Below, in pieces: positions 10,009 to 18,873 of a stretch of DNA of 64,000 nt. The stretch lies in the sequence record MZ443783.1; one strand, written 5' to 3'. The notes beneath the pieces were generated by a model. That model had not been told where the DNA came from. It did not search any database and saw only the letters and a program-made list of their open reading frames with translations. Positions within the stretch are counted from its first letter, which is position 1, and each line of letters opens with the position of its first letter. The translations under genes were made by a program, and so were the position numbers.

Positions 10009-11091
10009 TTAGCAATCACAACCTACTGAGTCGAAATCCAGTTTCAGGCCAGGATAGAGTTGGTTAAACTCTTCCAGAGGCATATTGAAACCAGCAGCAC
10101 TAACATGTCCATCACCACCGCGCGAACGTGCGATGAAACGAGCACTACCCGCATGGCCTTCAGGATAACCTTTAGAACGGCAGCTAACGTAAACCTTTGT
10201 AGGGTCACGATGGCCCTTACGCACCAGCATCACTGTTTGGAAGTGAGCATAGTTGTCATAAACGTAAGTACCAGTCTCGGATGCAATGCCCTTATCGCAA
10301 GGCACCACCGCATGTTTCACACCAATCAGATGATTGGGTTCCGAGAAGAAGCTGTTCGTTTCGATCAGACCGCGAATTACTTCGTTGCGTTCTTCGATAG
10401 CGACAAAACCTTGTGAGATGATCTGTTCGATATCACCAGACAGGATAATCTTGTACGCAGCGCTAACGGTAGGAGGCATGTCAGTGTAGAAGCGACCACA
10501 CTTCTCAACTTCCTTGAATACGTCCTTAACGTAGCCTTCATAGAAAGCGAAAGCACGTTCGTTGGTACGAATCCACAGGTCACGGTCAGACACCAGTTGC
10601 GCCATGCGAATGATGTTATCAGTGCAGGCATATTGGTGCTGCTGGAAGTCAGATACGTGCGCCATGTAGGCAAGCAGAGTACCACTACCACCAGCTTTGA
10701 ACGTCAGGTCGAGAGGCGATACACCCAGCGCAGCACATTCTTTGGCATACAGCTCTGGTTCACGGCAATCATGGTGGTCAAGCACCTTGAAGTTACCGCC
10801 GAAGCGTTTTGTCATGACTGCCATCTGGCGCTCAGTCAGAGAGAAGTCAACAACGACAACGCGCGTGTAGCCTGTTGGGTTTTTAATGAAATCGCCTTTA
10901 TCGTCTTTGATACCTTCGAGACCCTTCATGTCTTCGAACTTAGTACCTTCGGCGTCAACGATATCTCCCTGGTCGTTCGCGTAGACAGCAGGGAAGAAGT
11001 GGAGAGTATCGTTCGGGTACGCAAGTGCTGTAATGGCAGCGGCGAAACTACCATCAGCACATCCTTGATGATAGACAACAAGTGTAGTCAT
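10009..11091 (-). CDS. DHH/DHHA1-family phosphoesterase (360 aa)
   Basis: YHQGCADG, VVVDFS, VLDHH and C-terminal SCRS...GGDGHVSAAGF motifs. Confidence 0.85.
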   Translation of the reverse strand: MTTLVVYHQGCADGSFAAAITALAYPNDTLHFFPAVYANDQGDIVDAEGTKFEDMKGLEGIKDDKGDFIKNPTGYTRVVVVDFSLTERQMAVMTKRFGGNFKVLDHHDCREPELYAKECAALGVSPLDLTFKAGGSGTLLAYMAHVSDFQQHQYACTDNIIRMAQLVSDRDLWIRTNERAFAFYEGYVKDVFKEVEKCGRFYTDMPPTVSAAYKIILSGDIEQIISQGFVAIEERNEVIRGLIETNSFFSEPNHLIGVKHAVVPCDKGIASETGTYVYDNYAHFQTVMLVRKGHRDPTKVYVSCRSKGYPEGHAGSARFIARSRGGDGHVSAAGFNMPLEEFNQLYPGLKLDFDSVGCDC

Positions 11092-11093
11092 TG

Positions 11094-11954
11094 TTAAACC
11101 CAGTGGTTATTGTGATTTGCTCCAGATTGGACGCTACGCATATGCTCAAGCATTTGGCGCAGGCCCGCCAGCGTCTGTTCTAACGACATGCGGTATTGGT
11201 CAGAGGCAACGCTCTCTCCATAATGCAGTGAGAGAACGTACAGCGACCATTCTTCGGACTGGCGCAGGCGCTCCATTTTCTTATAGAGGTCTTGACGGCG
11301 TTCACGCGCACGTAACAGACGCTCCATTAAATTAAGTGAATCGTGAGATTTTTTCAGCAACTCGATATGAATCGCGTCGAGCCCCTCATAGTCCAAACGA
11401 ATCACTGCCTCTTTTGCCTTAAGGAACAACTCGCGGCGGCGCTTCTGTTCTTCGGCAGGAAGATTGCGGCATTTGTCTGGATGCGTAATACGTGCGATGA
11501 TCTTATATAGCGCTTTGCACTTCTTACGCAGGATGGCTTTGGAGATTATCGCGTTAGACGCTTCACGGTCCGCTGCTTCTTCGTTGTCTTCCGTTTCGTG
11601 CTCGGTGTCCTGAACGAAGTTATCATCCATGAGCTTTTTCAGATCTTCTGCATTCGCCTGGTCTTCGAGATCGTCAGAGTCAGCCATCTGCAACATCAAG
11701 GCTTGAATCTGATTGTTAGTGATCTCAATCTCGGCGATGATTGGACGGTGTGTTGCATTGAGTCCGTCCACCAGCTTTGTAACACGTTCGCAGTCTGCGC
11801 CGTAACGCAGTTCAAGCGCGGCAACTTCTTCGAGAATCTCATCGAGAGTTTCGCCTGTCGCTTCTTCAAACTGCTGTACTTCTTCTGCCAGGTCCATGTT
11901 TGGTGGAACTGGTACTGGGAGTTGAGGGATAACCATCAACTGTGTATTTGTCAT
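11094..11954 (-). CDS. J-domain (DnaJ-like, HPD) protein with acidic coiled-coil N-terminus (286 aa)
   Basis: KALYKIIARITHPDK...RRELFLKAKEA helix-HPD-helix pattern. Confidence 0.7.
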   Translation of the reverse strand: MTNTQLMVIPQLPVPVPPNMDLAEEVQQFEEATGETLDEILEEVAALELRYGADCERVTKLVDGLNATHRPIIAEIEITNNQIQALMLQMADSDDLEDQANAEDLKKLMDDNFVQDTEHETEDNEEAADREASNAIISKAILRKKCKALYKIIARITHPDKCRNLPAEEQKRRRELFLKAKEAVIRLDYEGLDAIHIELLKKSHDSLNLMERLLRARERRQDLYKKMERLRQSEEWSLYVLSLHYGESVASDQYRMSLEQTLAGLRQMLEHMRSVQSGANHNNHWV

Positions 11955-12145
11955 GGGCGCACAAGCTCCGAAATAGGTTTAGCTACCAGCTCTGCAATGC
12001 GCTGTGGACATTGCGGGTTGCGCTTCAAGTTCTTATGCAACCACTGCAAGTTGTTACCTGACGTAGATACCTCAGCACGGAAGCTGGGAAGTTTAAGCTC
12101 GTCACGGTGTTTGTTTAACAGCGCATTCAGTTCGTTCAGTAACAT
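11951..12145 (-). CDS. Hypothetical protein (64 aa)
   Basis: AAGGA SD; stop overlaps the next start (ATGA). Confidence 0.6.
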   Translation of the reverse strand: MLLNELNALLNKHRDELKLPSFRAEVSTSGNNLQWLHKNLKRNPQCPQRIAELVAKPISELVRP

Positions 12146-12154
12146 CGTTTTTCC

Positions 12155-12775
12155 TTAAAGAGATGAGGTCATTAATTCGAGAACGTTTGATACCACATGC
12201 GCAGGCCCGATTGAAATACCAGTGTGCGCCTGCAGGTGAATACGTTTAGTGAATAGCTCTAACGGGTCTGGCCCGCCACCAGTCACTACGATGCGAGGTA
12301 TCTTCGGGAACATCTCAAGGATATCGCGCAGTCGTTCAATCTTATAACTGGTGCTGTCCATTGTTACGTTTGTCAGCACCAACAACGATGGTCGTTTCTG
12401 TTTGAGTTGTTCGTAGTCGAAACGATCACCATACAACGTTACCCAGCGTGGCTTTAACGCAGTTGCCTCACTATCCTCTACTGCCGCATTGAAGATAGAC
12501 AACGCAGCCATCTTCGCACGATAATCATTTGGGAAACTACTGATCACCGTGATACGCGGGTCAAACGAGAAAGGGTTTTGAATCATCTTCGCAAGGTGCG
12601 TAAGCTGTTTGGTCTTACTTACTACCTTGCCTTTAAAGTAAGGCGACAGTGGCTTATAGTCCTGCGCGGCTTCGGCCACATCAAACTGTTCACGCTTACC
12701 GAATAATAGCTGTGGGTCAACGCCCAGAGTCTGCATCTGCTTTGCTACAGCAGGTTCAAAGTCAAATGTTAGCAC
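12155..12775 (-). CDS. Degenerate DnaC/IstB-like AAA+ fold protein (206 aa)
   Basis: GTG start with GGAGG SD; PSLLVLTNV...RLRDILE...PRIVVTG resembles DnaC DLLILDDLG...IID.R...PTIITTN, but Walker A and B are not intact. Confidence 0.4.
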   Translation of the reverse strand: MLTFDFEPAVAKQMQTLGVDPQLLFGKREQFDVAEAAQDYKPLSPYFKGKVVSKTKQLTHLAKMIQNPFSFDPRITVISSFPNDYRAKMAALSIFNAAVEDSEATALKPRWVTLYGDRFDYEQLKQKRPSLLVLTNVTMDSTSYKIERLRDILEMFPKIPRIVVTGGGPDPLELFTKRIHLQAHTGISIGPAHVVSNVLELMTSSL

Positions 12776-12795
12776 AATACCCTCCGTTGTTCATG

Positions 12796-13158
12796 TTAGG
12801 TATTTACAGATTCTGGCGAGCGCTGCCACACAACGAATTTGACGTTCAGAGCCAGCTCCTCCGTTTCAGCAGCAAGCCTAGGCTCGTACTTATGTGCGTA
12901 GCCACGCAAACACTCAGGCCGGACTGCAAGCTGCACATTAATCTTTTGGATTGGGTTCGGCACCTGACTGTACGAATGGTCTTCAATGATAACAAGGTTA
13001 TCAATGCGGAGAACACCAGGAACTTCAAACACTGTGGGCAGTACGCCTGGTTTGAATGCTGAACCCATAACTGTCTCATGGTATTCAACAAGCGCTTTAA
13101 CCAACAATCGGCCGGCAGACTGACTCAGTGTAAGATTGTACTCAGTACGAAATTCCAT
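12796..13158 (-). CDS. Hypothetical protein (120 aa)
   Basis: AAGGAG SD; packed in operon. Confidence 0.6.
   Translation of the reverse strand: MEFRTEYNLTLSQSAGRLLVKALVEYHETVMGSAFKPGVLPTVFEVPGVLRIDNLVIIEDHSYSQVPNPIQKINVQLAVRPECLRGYAHKYEPRLAAETEELALNVKFVVWQRSPESVNT
12801..12809 (-). promoter_or_regulatory. Class-1 promoter-like motif CTGTAAATA
   Basis: Exact copy, 25 nt upstream of the 12775 start. Confidence 0.6.
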
Positions 13159-13174
13159 GATGTTCTCCTTGATA

Positions 13175-13546
13175 TTACATCAGTGCCAGTTCAGGGTCGA
13201 TATACGTGTACGAGAATACAACGTTCCAACCAGAAGCGGCATCTTTGTTTGGGTGATAGCGGAAGCCGTAGATCATCAGCTTGCCTTTAGTATCAGGCTC
13301 AAGCGTAGGCTCATACTCAAGCCAAGCCGCTTCCAGCTTCATCTTCTCGGCAATGTCTTTCGACCAGCCATCGAAGTCATACGGACCTTCTGGTACTTCC
13401 CACGACAGCGAATGCTTAGTCCAATGTTCGGCCTGCATATCAGTGTCTTTGGAAATCCAGTCGAGATGGGTAACGCCCATGTGATAAGCAATGGCATGTG
13501 CGTAACCACGCTCTTTCATGTAGCGCTGTAGTTGATCAAGACGCAT
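13175..13546 (-). CDS. Hypothetical protein (123 aa; start revised to MRLDQLQ)
   Basis: AAGGAG SD before ATG 13546; the track start at 13630 overlaps the upstream gene by 95 nt. Confidence 0.55.
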   Translation of the reverse strand: MRLDQLQRYMKERGYAHAIAYHMGVTHLDWISKDTDMQAEHWTKHSLSWEVPEGPYDFDGWSKDIAEKMKLEAAWLEYEPTLEPDTKGKLMIYGFRYHPNKDAASGWNVVFSYTYIDPELALM

Positions 13547-13856
13547 TAGGCTGCTCCTTGTAGCGTGGGAATACAGTAACGCTAATGCGCGTAGTGTCCT
13601 TCTGGTACGGCTGTTCATCATGCGACACAAGCAGGACGTCGGTGACCTCCAGTGTGTTACGAATCAGAATAAGCAACTGACCTACAACGGACAAAGGATG
13701 GATGAAGTTAGAGACAACCATATTGATCTCAGTTACATGATCATGGTCGCCTACACTAACATCACCATCCCATTTTTCTACGTGCATACACGCACGGACA
13801 GCTTCACTCTTGAGCATATCCATATCGAGAGTGAAGGGTAATCGCTCTTTCATCAT
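13536..13856 (-). CDS. Hypothetical protein (106 aa)
   Basis: AAGGAG SD. Confidence 0.55.
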   Translation of the reverse strand: MMKERLPFTLDMDMLKSEAVRACMHVEKWDGDVSVGDHDHVTEINMVVSNFIHPLSVVGQLLILIRNTLEVTDVLLVSHDEQPYQKDTTRISVTVFPRYKEQPNAS

Positions 13857-13892
13857 AAACTCCTTATAGGCTGCTGAAAAGAGACAGTCTAT

Positions 13893-13899
13893 AAATTAG
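13893..13899 (-). promoter_or_regulatory. Class-2 promoter-like motif CTAATTT
   Basis: 36 nt upstream of 13856; overlaps a TAA stop codon, so may be coincidental. Confidence 0.3.
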
Positions 13900-14360
13900 A
13901 GAGCGACACCCTTAAGGAACGTCCGAGCGAATTTAATGAAGATCTTTTGCTTGGCTTCGGGCAGCTTACGATAGCGTTGGAGAATGTCCTCCATCGAGTC
14001 GTCTTCCGATAGATCAACAGGCGAGACTACACCTTCTTCGCCTTTGTGCCAGTTTGCTTTCGTGACAGTTAACAGGAACGTGCCTCGAACTTCTTCCGCA
14101 ACGCGCTCACCAGGACCACCTACAGGAACACGCACCTTAGTGTGATCGATATCAGCAATGCGCTGGATAGCAACACCATCTGGGAACTGGGCGAACACCT
14201 CAGTCAGATCGATATCGGCTTCATTGTTCGGCGCAGGGTTTTTAGCAGTAAACGACACGCGAAACGTAATGCCACCATCAACGTCATACTGACCGTCGAA
14301 GATGATCTTTTTGTTTGCGCGTAGCGTGTTGCAGATTAGAGTATGTAAGGGATCGAACAT
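13896..14360 (-). CDS. Hypothetical protein (154 aa)
   Basis: Packed operon ORF with GAGG SD. Confidence 0.55.
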   Translation of the reverse strand: MFDPLHTLICNTLRANKKIIFDGQYDVDGGITFRVSFTAKNPAPNNEADIDLTEVFAQFPDGVAIQRIADIDHTKVRVPVGGPGERVAEEVRGTFLLTVTKANWHKGEEGVVSPVDLSEDDSMEDILQRYRKLPEAKQKIFIKFARTFLKGVAL

Positions 14361-14361
14361 G

Positions 14362-14850
14362 TTACTTCCTCAGATAGTCGGCCAGCATTTCAACATGATT
14401 ACGAATCATCCGCTTCTGGTCGATAGTGAGCTTGCTGAAAGGCGGCAGGTCTGGATAGATCCCCTGCATCGCCAGATACGTTGTCTGGATATTGCGCTTA
14501 GGTGCAGGCTCTTCTCCAACCGCAAAGATACAGTCTTTGAATAAATACGATGGAGGGCAGCCGAACGGAGTGTCCAGAACCTCAATGAGGCCACATCCAA
14601 GTAGCATCAGACAGTTACCTAAAGTCTTACGCACATCACTCATACCTAAGACGGACAGCTTTTCGTAGGTAGCATCAACAAGGCTGGTGGCTGCACCTTC
14701 GATAGAAATTTTGACTGTCACGTCCAGAGTCGCCGTGGCCGCACCCAATACGGACTGGTGCACAAGAGTAATGCCCTCCTCCGCGAGGGCACGCCGCAAT
14801 AAAGTTTCAAGGTCTCCGTGCGGCTTGGATTGCACTTCATGAAGATTCAT
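14362..14850 (-). CDS. Hypothetical protein (162 aa)
   Basis: TAATG overlap with the helicase stop. Confidence 0.55.
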   Translation of the reverse strand: MNLHEVQSKPHGDLETLLRRALAEEGITLVHQSVLGAATATLDVTVKISIEGAATSLVDATYEKLSVLGMSDVRKTLGNCLMLLGCGLIEVLDTPFGCPPSYLFKDCIFAVGEEPAPKRNIQTTYLAMQGIYPDLPPFSKLTIDQKRMIRNHVEMLADYLRK

Positions 14851-16451
14851 TAGAATCGCCTCATACCTAAGTTAGACGGCTGGCCTTTCACACGCGCTTC
14901 TGGTTCAAAGAAATCTGGCAGTTCTCCATCAAGCGCTTCTTCTCTCGACACGACCCCCATCCAGTCACGCAGTTTCTTCGGTGTACGCTTCGCTTTCGCG
15001 TAACCAAACTTCCAGCACATCTTGAGAACTGAACGAGCACACTGCATCGAACGGTCCATCTTAGGATCAATGAACATACGAATAACAGGTGTGCGTTTGT
15101 TTTCCATCGGCGTCAGAATACGGCACGATTCCTGTTTCCAGTTCGGTTCATTATTCATTGGCATGATGTAGTACAGCGTGTCCCACTTCGGAACGTTCAG
15201 GCCGCGCTGCATCAATTTCCTCATACCGACGACACAACGAATCTTACCTTCACGCGCTGCATCAATGATTGGCTTACGCCGCTTCGCCTCTTTCGCACCG
15301 CCGAGGAACACGGCCGCGACTTCTTCCATGTAATGCTCATTGATACGCTGCACCAGACGACGAGCCTGATCAGTGAACATAATCGGTATCGCAATGCTAC
15401 GGCCTGCATCGAGGTCTTTGATAATCCACTCAAAGATCTTATCGTTGCGGTCTGGATGATTCGCAAGGAACTTACAGAAGCGCACCCAACCACTTTTGTT
15501 ATTGTAGTTGGCTTTCGACTGCACACGCGAAGAGGTCTTGTGCAACGTTACTTTCGGCACAAGTTCTTCGACGAATGCTTCGGCAATCACAGGCCCGAAG
15601 ATAGATTCAATCAGGTAGTGACGACCATCTTTACGCTTAGGCGTTGCAGTCAGGCCGAAACGATACTTCATCTTGAGCGAGGCCAGTACGCGGCTGTAAC
15701 AGCTTGCGTTACCAGCGTGACACTCATCGACGAACAACGTGCCGTAGTTCTCGTTCAGCAACTTGAGTCGCTTCTTCGAGTTCTTACTGTCAGAGATCAA
15801 CGACTGATAGGTCACCAGAATGATCTGGAAGTTCTTATAGTCATCGAGAGTTTTAGGGAAGCCATACAGCTTCTTACCGGTCTTCTCCTCCAGCTCTGGC
15901 AGGTTCGTCATCTGCTCGATAGTCTCCAAGAAACCATCAAGGAAGTCTTTCTGGTCAGCCATAATGACTGTACGGAATCCAGAGTGACACGCACCAGCAG
16001 TGCCGATAACTGTCTTACCAGAACGAGGCGGTGCTTTAAACACACCACACAGTTCGCCGAACATCTTCTCGAACGGCTCTTCCTGATAATCACGCAGCTT
16101 ACCAGTGAACTTCACTTTATAGTCGAATGGCACACGGCTCGTACCATTGACGAACTTCACTTCTTTCAGGCTTAACCCTGCTGTACGTTCGAAGCGGTGC
16201 ATCTCGCCGTAAGGAATCGAAACGTAACGCTTACCCTTAATGTCAGAGTATTTGGCCAGCACGGTTATATCAACCAGTCCACCTTTAGAACACTGACGGC
16301 ATTCTTCGGACGGACGTATAGAACGAAACTCACAGTTCTTACAAGCGGCGTTGTCGAACTCGTAGTGAGTCATCTTCTTGATGATGTTGTCAGCGTCTAC
16401 ATGCTTAACAGGAATGTGCAGACGGCTATCGACCAATACTTTGGCAGTCAC
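14850..16451 (-). CDS. Superfamily 2 DNA helicase, UvsW/Rad25-like (533 aa)
   Basis: LRDYQEE (Q motif), APPRSGKT (Walker A), FVDECH (Walker B), GLTATPKRKDG, RGLNVPKWDTL; N-terminal CxxC..CxxC. Confidence 0.9.
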   Translation of the reverse strand: MTAKVLVDSRLHIPVKHVDADNIIKKMTHYEFDNAACKNCEFRSIRPSEECRQCSKGGLVDITVLAKYSDIKGKRYVSIPYGEMHRFERTAGLSLKEVKFVNGTSRVPFDYKVKFTGKLRDYQEEPFEKMFGELCGVFKAPPRSGKTVIGTAGACHSGFRTVIMADQKDFLDGFLETIEQMTNLPELEEKTGKKLYGFPKTLDDYKNFQIILVTYQSLISDSKNSKKRLKLLNENYGTLFVDECHAGNASCYSRVLASLKMKYRFGLTATPKRKDGRHYLIESIFGPVIAEAFVEELVPKVTLHKTSSRVQSKANYNNKSGWVRFCKFLANHPDRNDKIFEWIIKDLDAGRSIAIPIMFTDQARRLVQRINEHYMEEVAAVFLGGAKEAKRRKPIIDAAREGKIRCVVGMRKLMQRGLNVPKWDTLYYIMPMNNEPNWKQESCRILTPMENKRTPVIRMFIDPKMDRSMQCARSVLKMCWKFGYAKAKRTPKKLRDWMGVVSREEALDGELPDFFEPEARVKGQPSNLGMRRF

Positions 16452-16453
16452 AT

Positions 16454-17005
16454 CTATTTCCTTGAGTTCGGCAGACCGTACTCACGCTGATTGATCAGGC
16501 TCATCGTATCAACCAGTGCGCGATAAGCAAAGCCACACTTGTCGATATCCTTGATATACAAATCAAGTTCCTCTTTGAGCAAATCAAGTTGATCAGCGTA
16601 ACGGTAATACTCCGCCATAATGTTTCTGACACAACGCTCACGCTCTTTGGCGGCGCCGACGGCTTTCAGATCTTTTGCATACGTGACCGAAGCGTAATCC
16701 TGAAATCGTTCCAACATGTCATTTAACAGTTTCGAGGCTGCGTGAACATGCGTCATAATCTCAGTCATACGGCTTCGGTACGATTGATCTTGAATTATCG
16801 ACTCAGCCACCTTGTTGAGAGCGTTAGGGTCACCAGAGACATTCAGCGTTCTGACTTTACGAATCTTAAACAACTGCCGAGCTTCATCCTGATACTCTGC
16901 TAATGGCAGTTGAAACAGATCGTTGGTCTTATAGATATCGCGCAACTTTTTGTAGCGCTTATCCTCTTTGACCTTTAATCGTATACGCTTTAGGTCGTCC
17001 ATCAA
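16454..17005 (-). CDS. Helical protein, possibly UvsY-like recombination mediator (183 aa)
   Basis: C-terminal YIKDIDKCGFAYRALVD resembles T4 UvsY LDAIKSRGFAIKHIQD; adjacent to a UvsW-like helicase as in T4. Confidence 0.4.
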   Translation of the reverse strand: MMDDLKRIRLKVKEDKRYKKLRDIYKTNDLFQLPLAEYQDEARQLFKIRKVRTLNVSGDPNALNKVAESIIQDQSYRSRMTEIMTHVHAASKLLNDMLERFQDYASVTYAKDLKAVGAAKERERCVRNIMAEYYRYADQLDLLKEELDLYIKDIDKCGFAYRALVDTMSLINQREYGLPNSRK

Positions 17006-17436
17006 TCACCTCTATCGGTTACCAACAAAGGACTGTCTGGAGTCTTGTGCGGCATAGCGAAGAAACTACCATGCTCATCACGATACACCAACAGACCTCC
17101 AGATGACCCTTCAATCGGGCAGGTAAAGTTAAATATCTTTTCAAGAGGCGGCATATAGCTAACAGACACGTCATTAAACGTGCACCACTTGGCAGACACT
17201 TCAATCAACGAACCAACGACGGTATCGGCAAGGCGCAGGTAAGACTGCTTGAAGTGGTAACTATGTTCGATAGGAGCCACACTATCAATCGTCAGCTCAT
17301 CACCGTACACAGCCTTATAAATTAGGCAGAAGCGGCGACGGCCACGAGGAGCATTCGGTATTTCATACAGTACATCATGTATGAGTGAAGAAACGTCCCC
17401 ACAGAGGACGTTTTTCTTGACCACCAGATTGATCAT
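17002..17436 (-). CDS. Hypothetical protein (144 aa)
   Basis: ATGA overlaps on both sides. Confidence 0.55.
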   Translation of the reverse strand: MINLVVKKNVLCGDVSSLIHDVLYEIPNAPRGRRRFCLIYKAVYGDELTIDSVAPIEHSYHFKQSYLRLADTVVGSLIEVSAKWCTFNDVSVSYMPPLEKIFNFTCPIEGSSGGLLVYRDEHGSFFAMPHKTPDSPLLVTDRGD

Positions 17437-18611
17437 GCTGGCAGGTAACCGAAGTACAACAGCGTGTGTGTATCGAACTTGTAGTTCAGGCTGAATGCGT
17501 TCAGGCTATTGATGCTGCTGCCATGGAAGCCCATGTTGTGGCGTTCTTCACGACCGATGTTACGCAGCAACTCACGGATGATACGCATATCGAGAGCAGT
17601 AGTGAACTCCTTCTCGATTGGTTTCGCCAGCTTGAGACTGTCCTGTACGCTGCCGCTATCGTTACCAAACTTGAGTCGAAACTCTTGCTTCTTAACGTGG
17701 AGCTTCGCGTTCGTGTTGCCCTTCTTCTCAATCAGAGTCGAGATGTTAGCGAACGGTGCAGACAGGTCACCTTTGATCACACAACCCAGAATTGGTTTAC
17801 CGAGTTGTGCAATCATGTTGTCCATGTAGCGGTAGTCTTCATCGCTCGCCTGAATCGGAGGCAGAGTCAGTACGAACGATTCCGCTTCGGCAGCAAACGA
17901 ACTGCTATCAACATGGAACGTTACCTTCTCCTCACCGCAGAAGCGATACACCAGATCGAACATCTCGCCAGTCATACTGAAACGGAACGGCTTCACTTTC
18001 TTTTTCAGTTCCGAACGATAACGAGAAGACGTCCAGTGACCAGGACTAACGAGCGACAGACTTGTACCGTCACAGATAACGCGACACATAACAGTCTGAC
18101 CGGTGATGGTATCTTTCAGGCGAGTCAGCTTAACGCCTTGAGTCATCGCGTCGATTACTTCACGCGTCATCTCATGGCCACCTTCGATGTGGTGATGCAG
18201 ACCCTGTTCAACCATCGGGATTTGTTCGGCAGACACAGGACGCAGTTTAAGCTCGGCCTTGTATTTACCTTTCTGTTCGCTGATGTGCAGCACCTTACCG
18301 TCGAACTCAACGTCCAGCTCTTTACGCTTGTTGATCAAGCCAGTCAACTGAATCGGGTCGATGTTCATAACCGTATCGGCGTCAGCAGTTGCGCCAGGTA
18401 CCAGATACGCAACGAAGGTGTCAGGCGTACGGCCCAACACGAACACGTCAGACTTGTACGTTACCAGCAGATGGATATGCGTCAACTTATCGTCCGACTC
18501 AGAGAAGCGCGTCACGAGGTCAACACGTTTCAGAATATCTGACAGGAACGTACCATTCAGTGTCAGGTTGCACTTCTTAGCGGGGTTCTTCGGCAGTCGG
18601 CAAGTCTTCAT
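17433..18611 (-). CDS. Sliding clamp, DNA polymerase III beta-like (392 aa)
   Basis: Length and three-domain periodicity match DnaN; LSDILKRVDLV....LTHIHLLV....VFVLGRT resembles the DnaN N-terminus; next to the DNA polymerase; a DnaX-like loader is present in the window. Confidence 0.55.
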   Translation of the reverse strand: MKTCRLPKNPAKKCNLTLNGTFLSDILKRVDLVTRFSESDDKLTHIHLLVTYKSDVFVLGRTPDTFVAYLVPGATADADTVMNIDPIQLTGLINKRKELDVEFDGKVLHISEQKGKYKAELKLRPVSAEQIPMVEQGLHHHIEGGHEMTREVIDAMTQGVKLTRLKDTITGQTVMCRVICDGTSLSLVSPGHWTSSRYRSELKKKVKPFRFSMTGEMFDLVYRFCGEEKVTFHVDSSSFAAEAESFVLTLPPIQASDEDYRYMDNMIAQLGKPILGCVIKGDLSAPFANISTLIEKKGNTNAKLHVKKQEFRLKFGNDSGSVQDSLKLAKPIEKEFTTALDMRIIRELLRNIGREERHNMGFHGSSINSLNAFSLNYKFDTHTLLYFGYLPA

Positions 18612-18873
18612 CTCTATCCTCTAAAACAAATTGTAGTGTGCCTTGTATATTTACAGCTTCAAGGCGCTTACCTGTAGGCATTAACAGGCCATTCAACACA
18701 CCCAGCATATCAGCGCTGTGGCAGTCAGGTGCTATCTGGTGAACGTAGATATCATCAGGCACATCACCTGGGTTAAGCTGCCAAGATGTTCTCAAGGCAG
18801 CACCCATGAATGCCGGACGCTCTACCAGATGCCTGTTCAAAAATGAACATACGTCTTCGGCGCTCAACGTCAT
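18577..18873 (-). CDS. Hypothetical protein (98 aa)
   Basis: ATGA overlap with the polymerase stop; overlaps the clamp start by 35 nt. Confidence 0.4.
   Translation of the reverse strand: MTLSAEDVCSFLNRHLVERPAFMGAALRTSWQLNPGDVPDDIYVHQIAPDCHSADMLGVLNGLLMPTGKRLEAVNIQGTLQFVLEDRDEDLPTAEEPR
18648..18656 (-). promoter_or_regulatory. Class-1 promoter-like motif CTGTAAATA
   Basis: Exact copy, 36 nt upstream of the clamp start. Confidence 0.6.
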
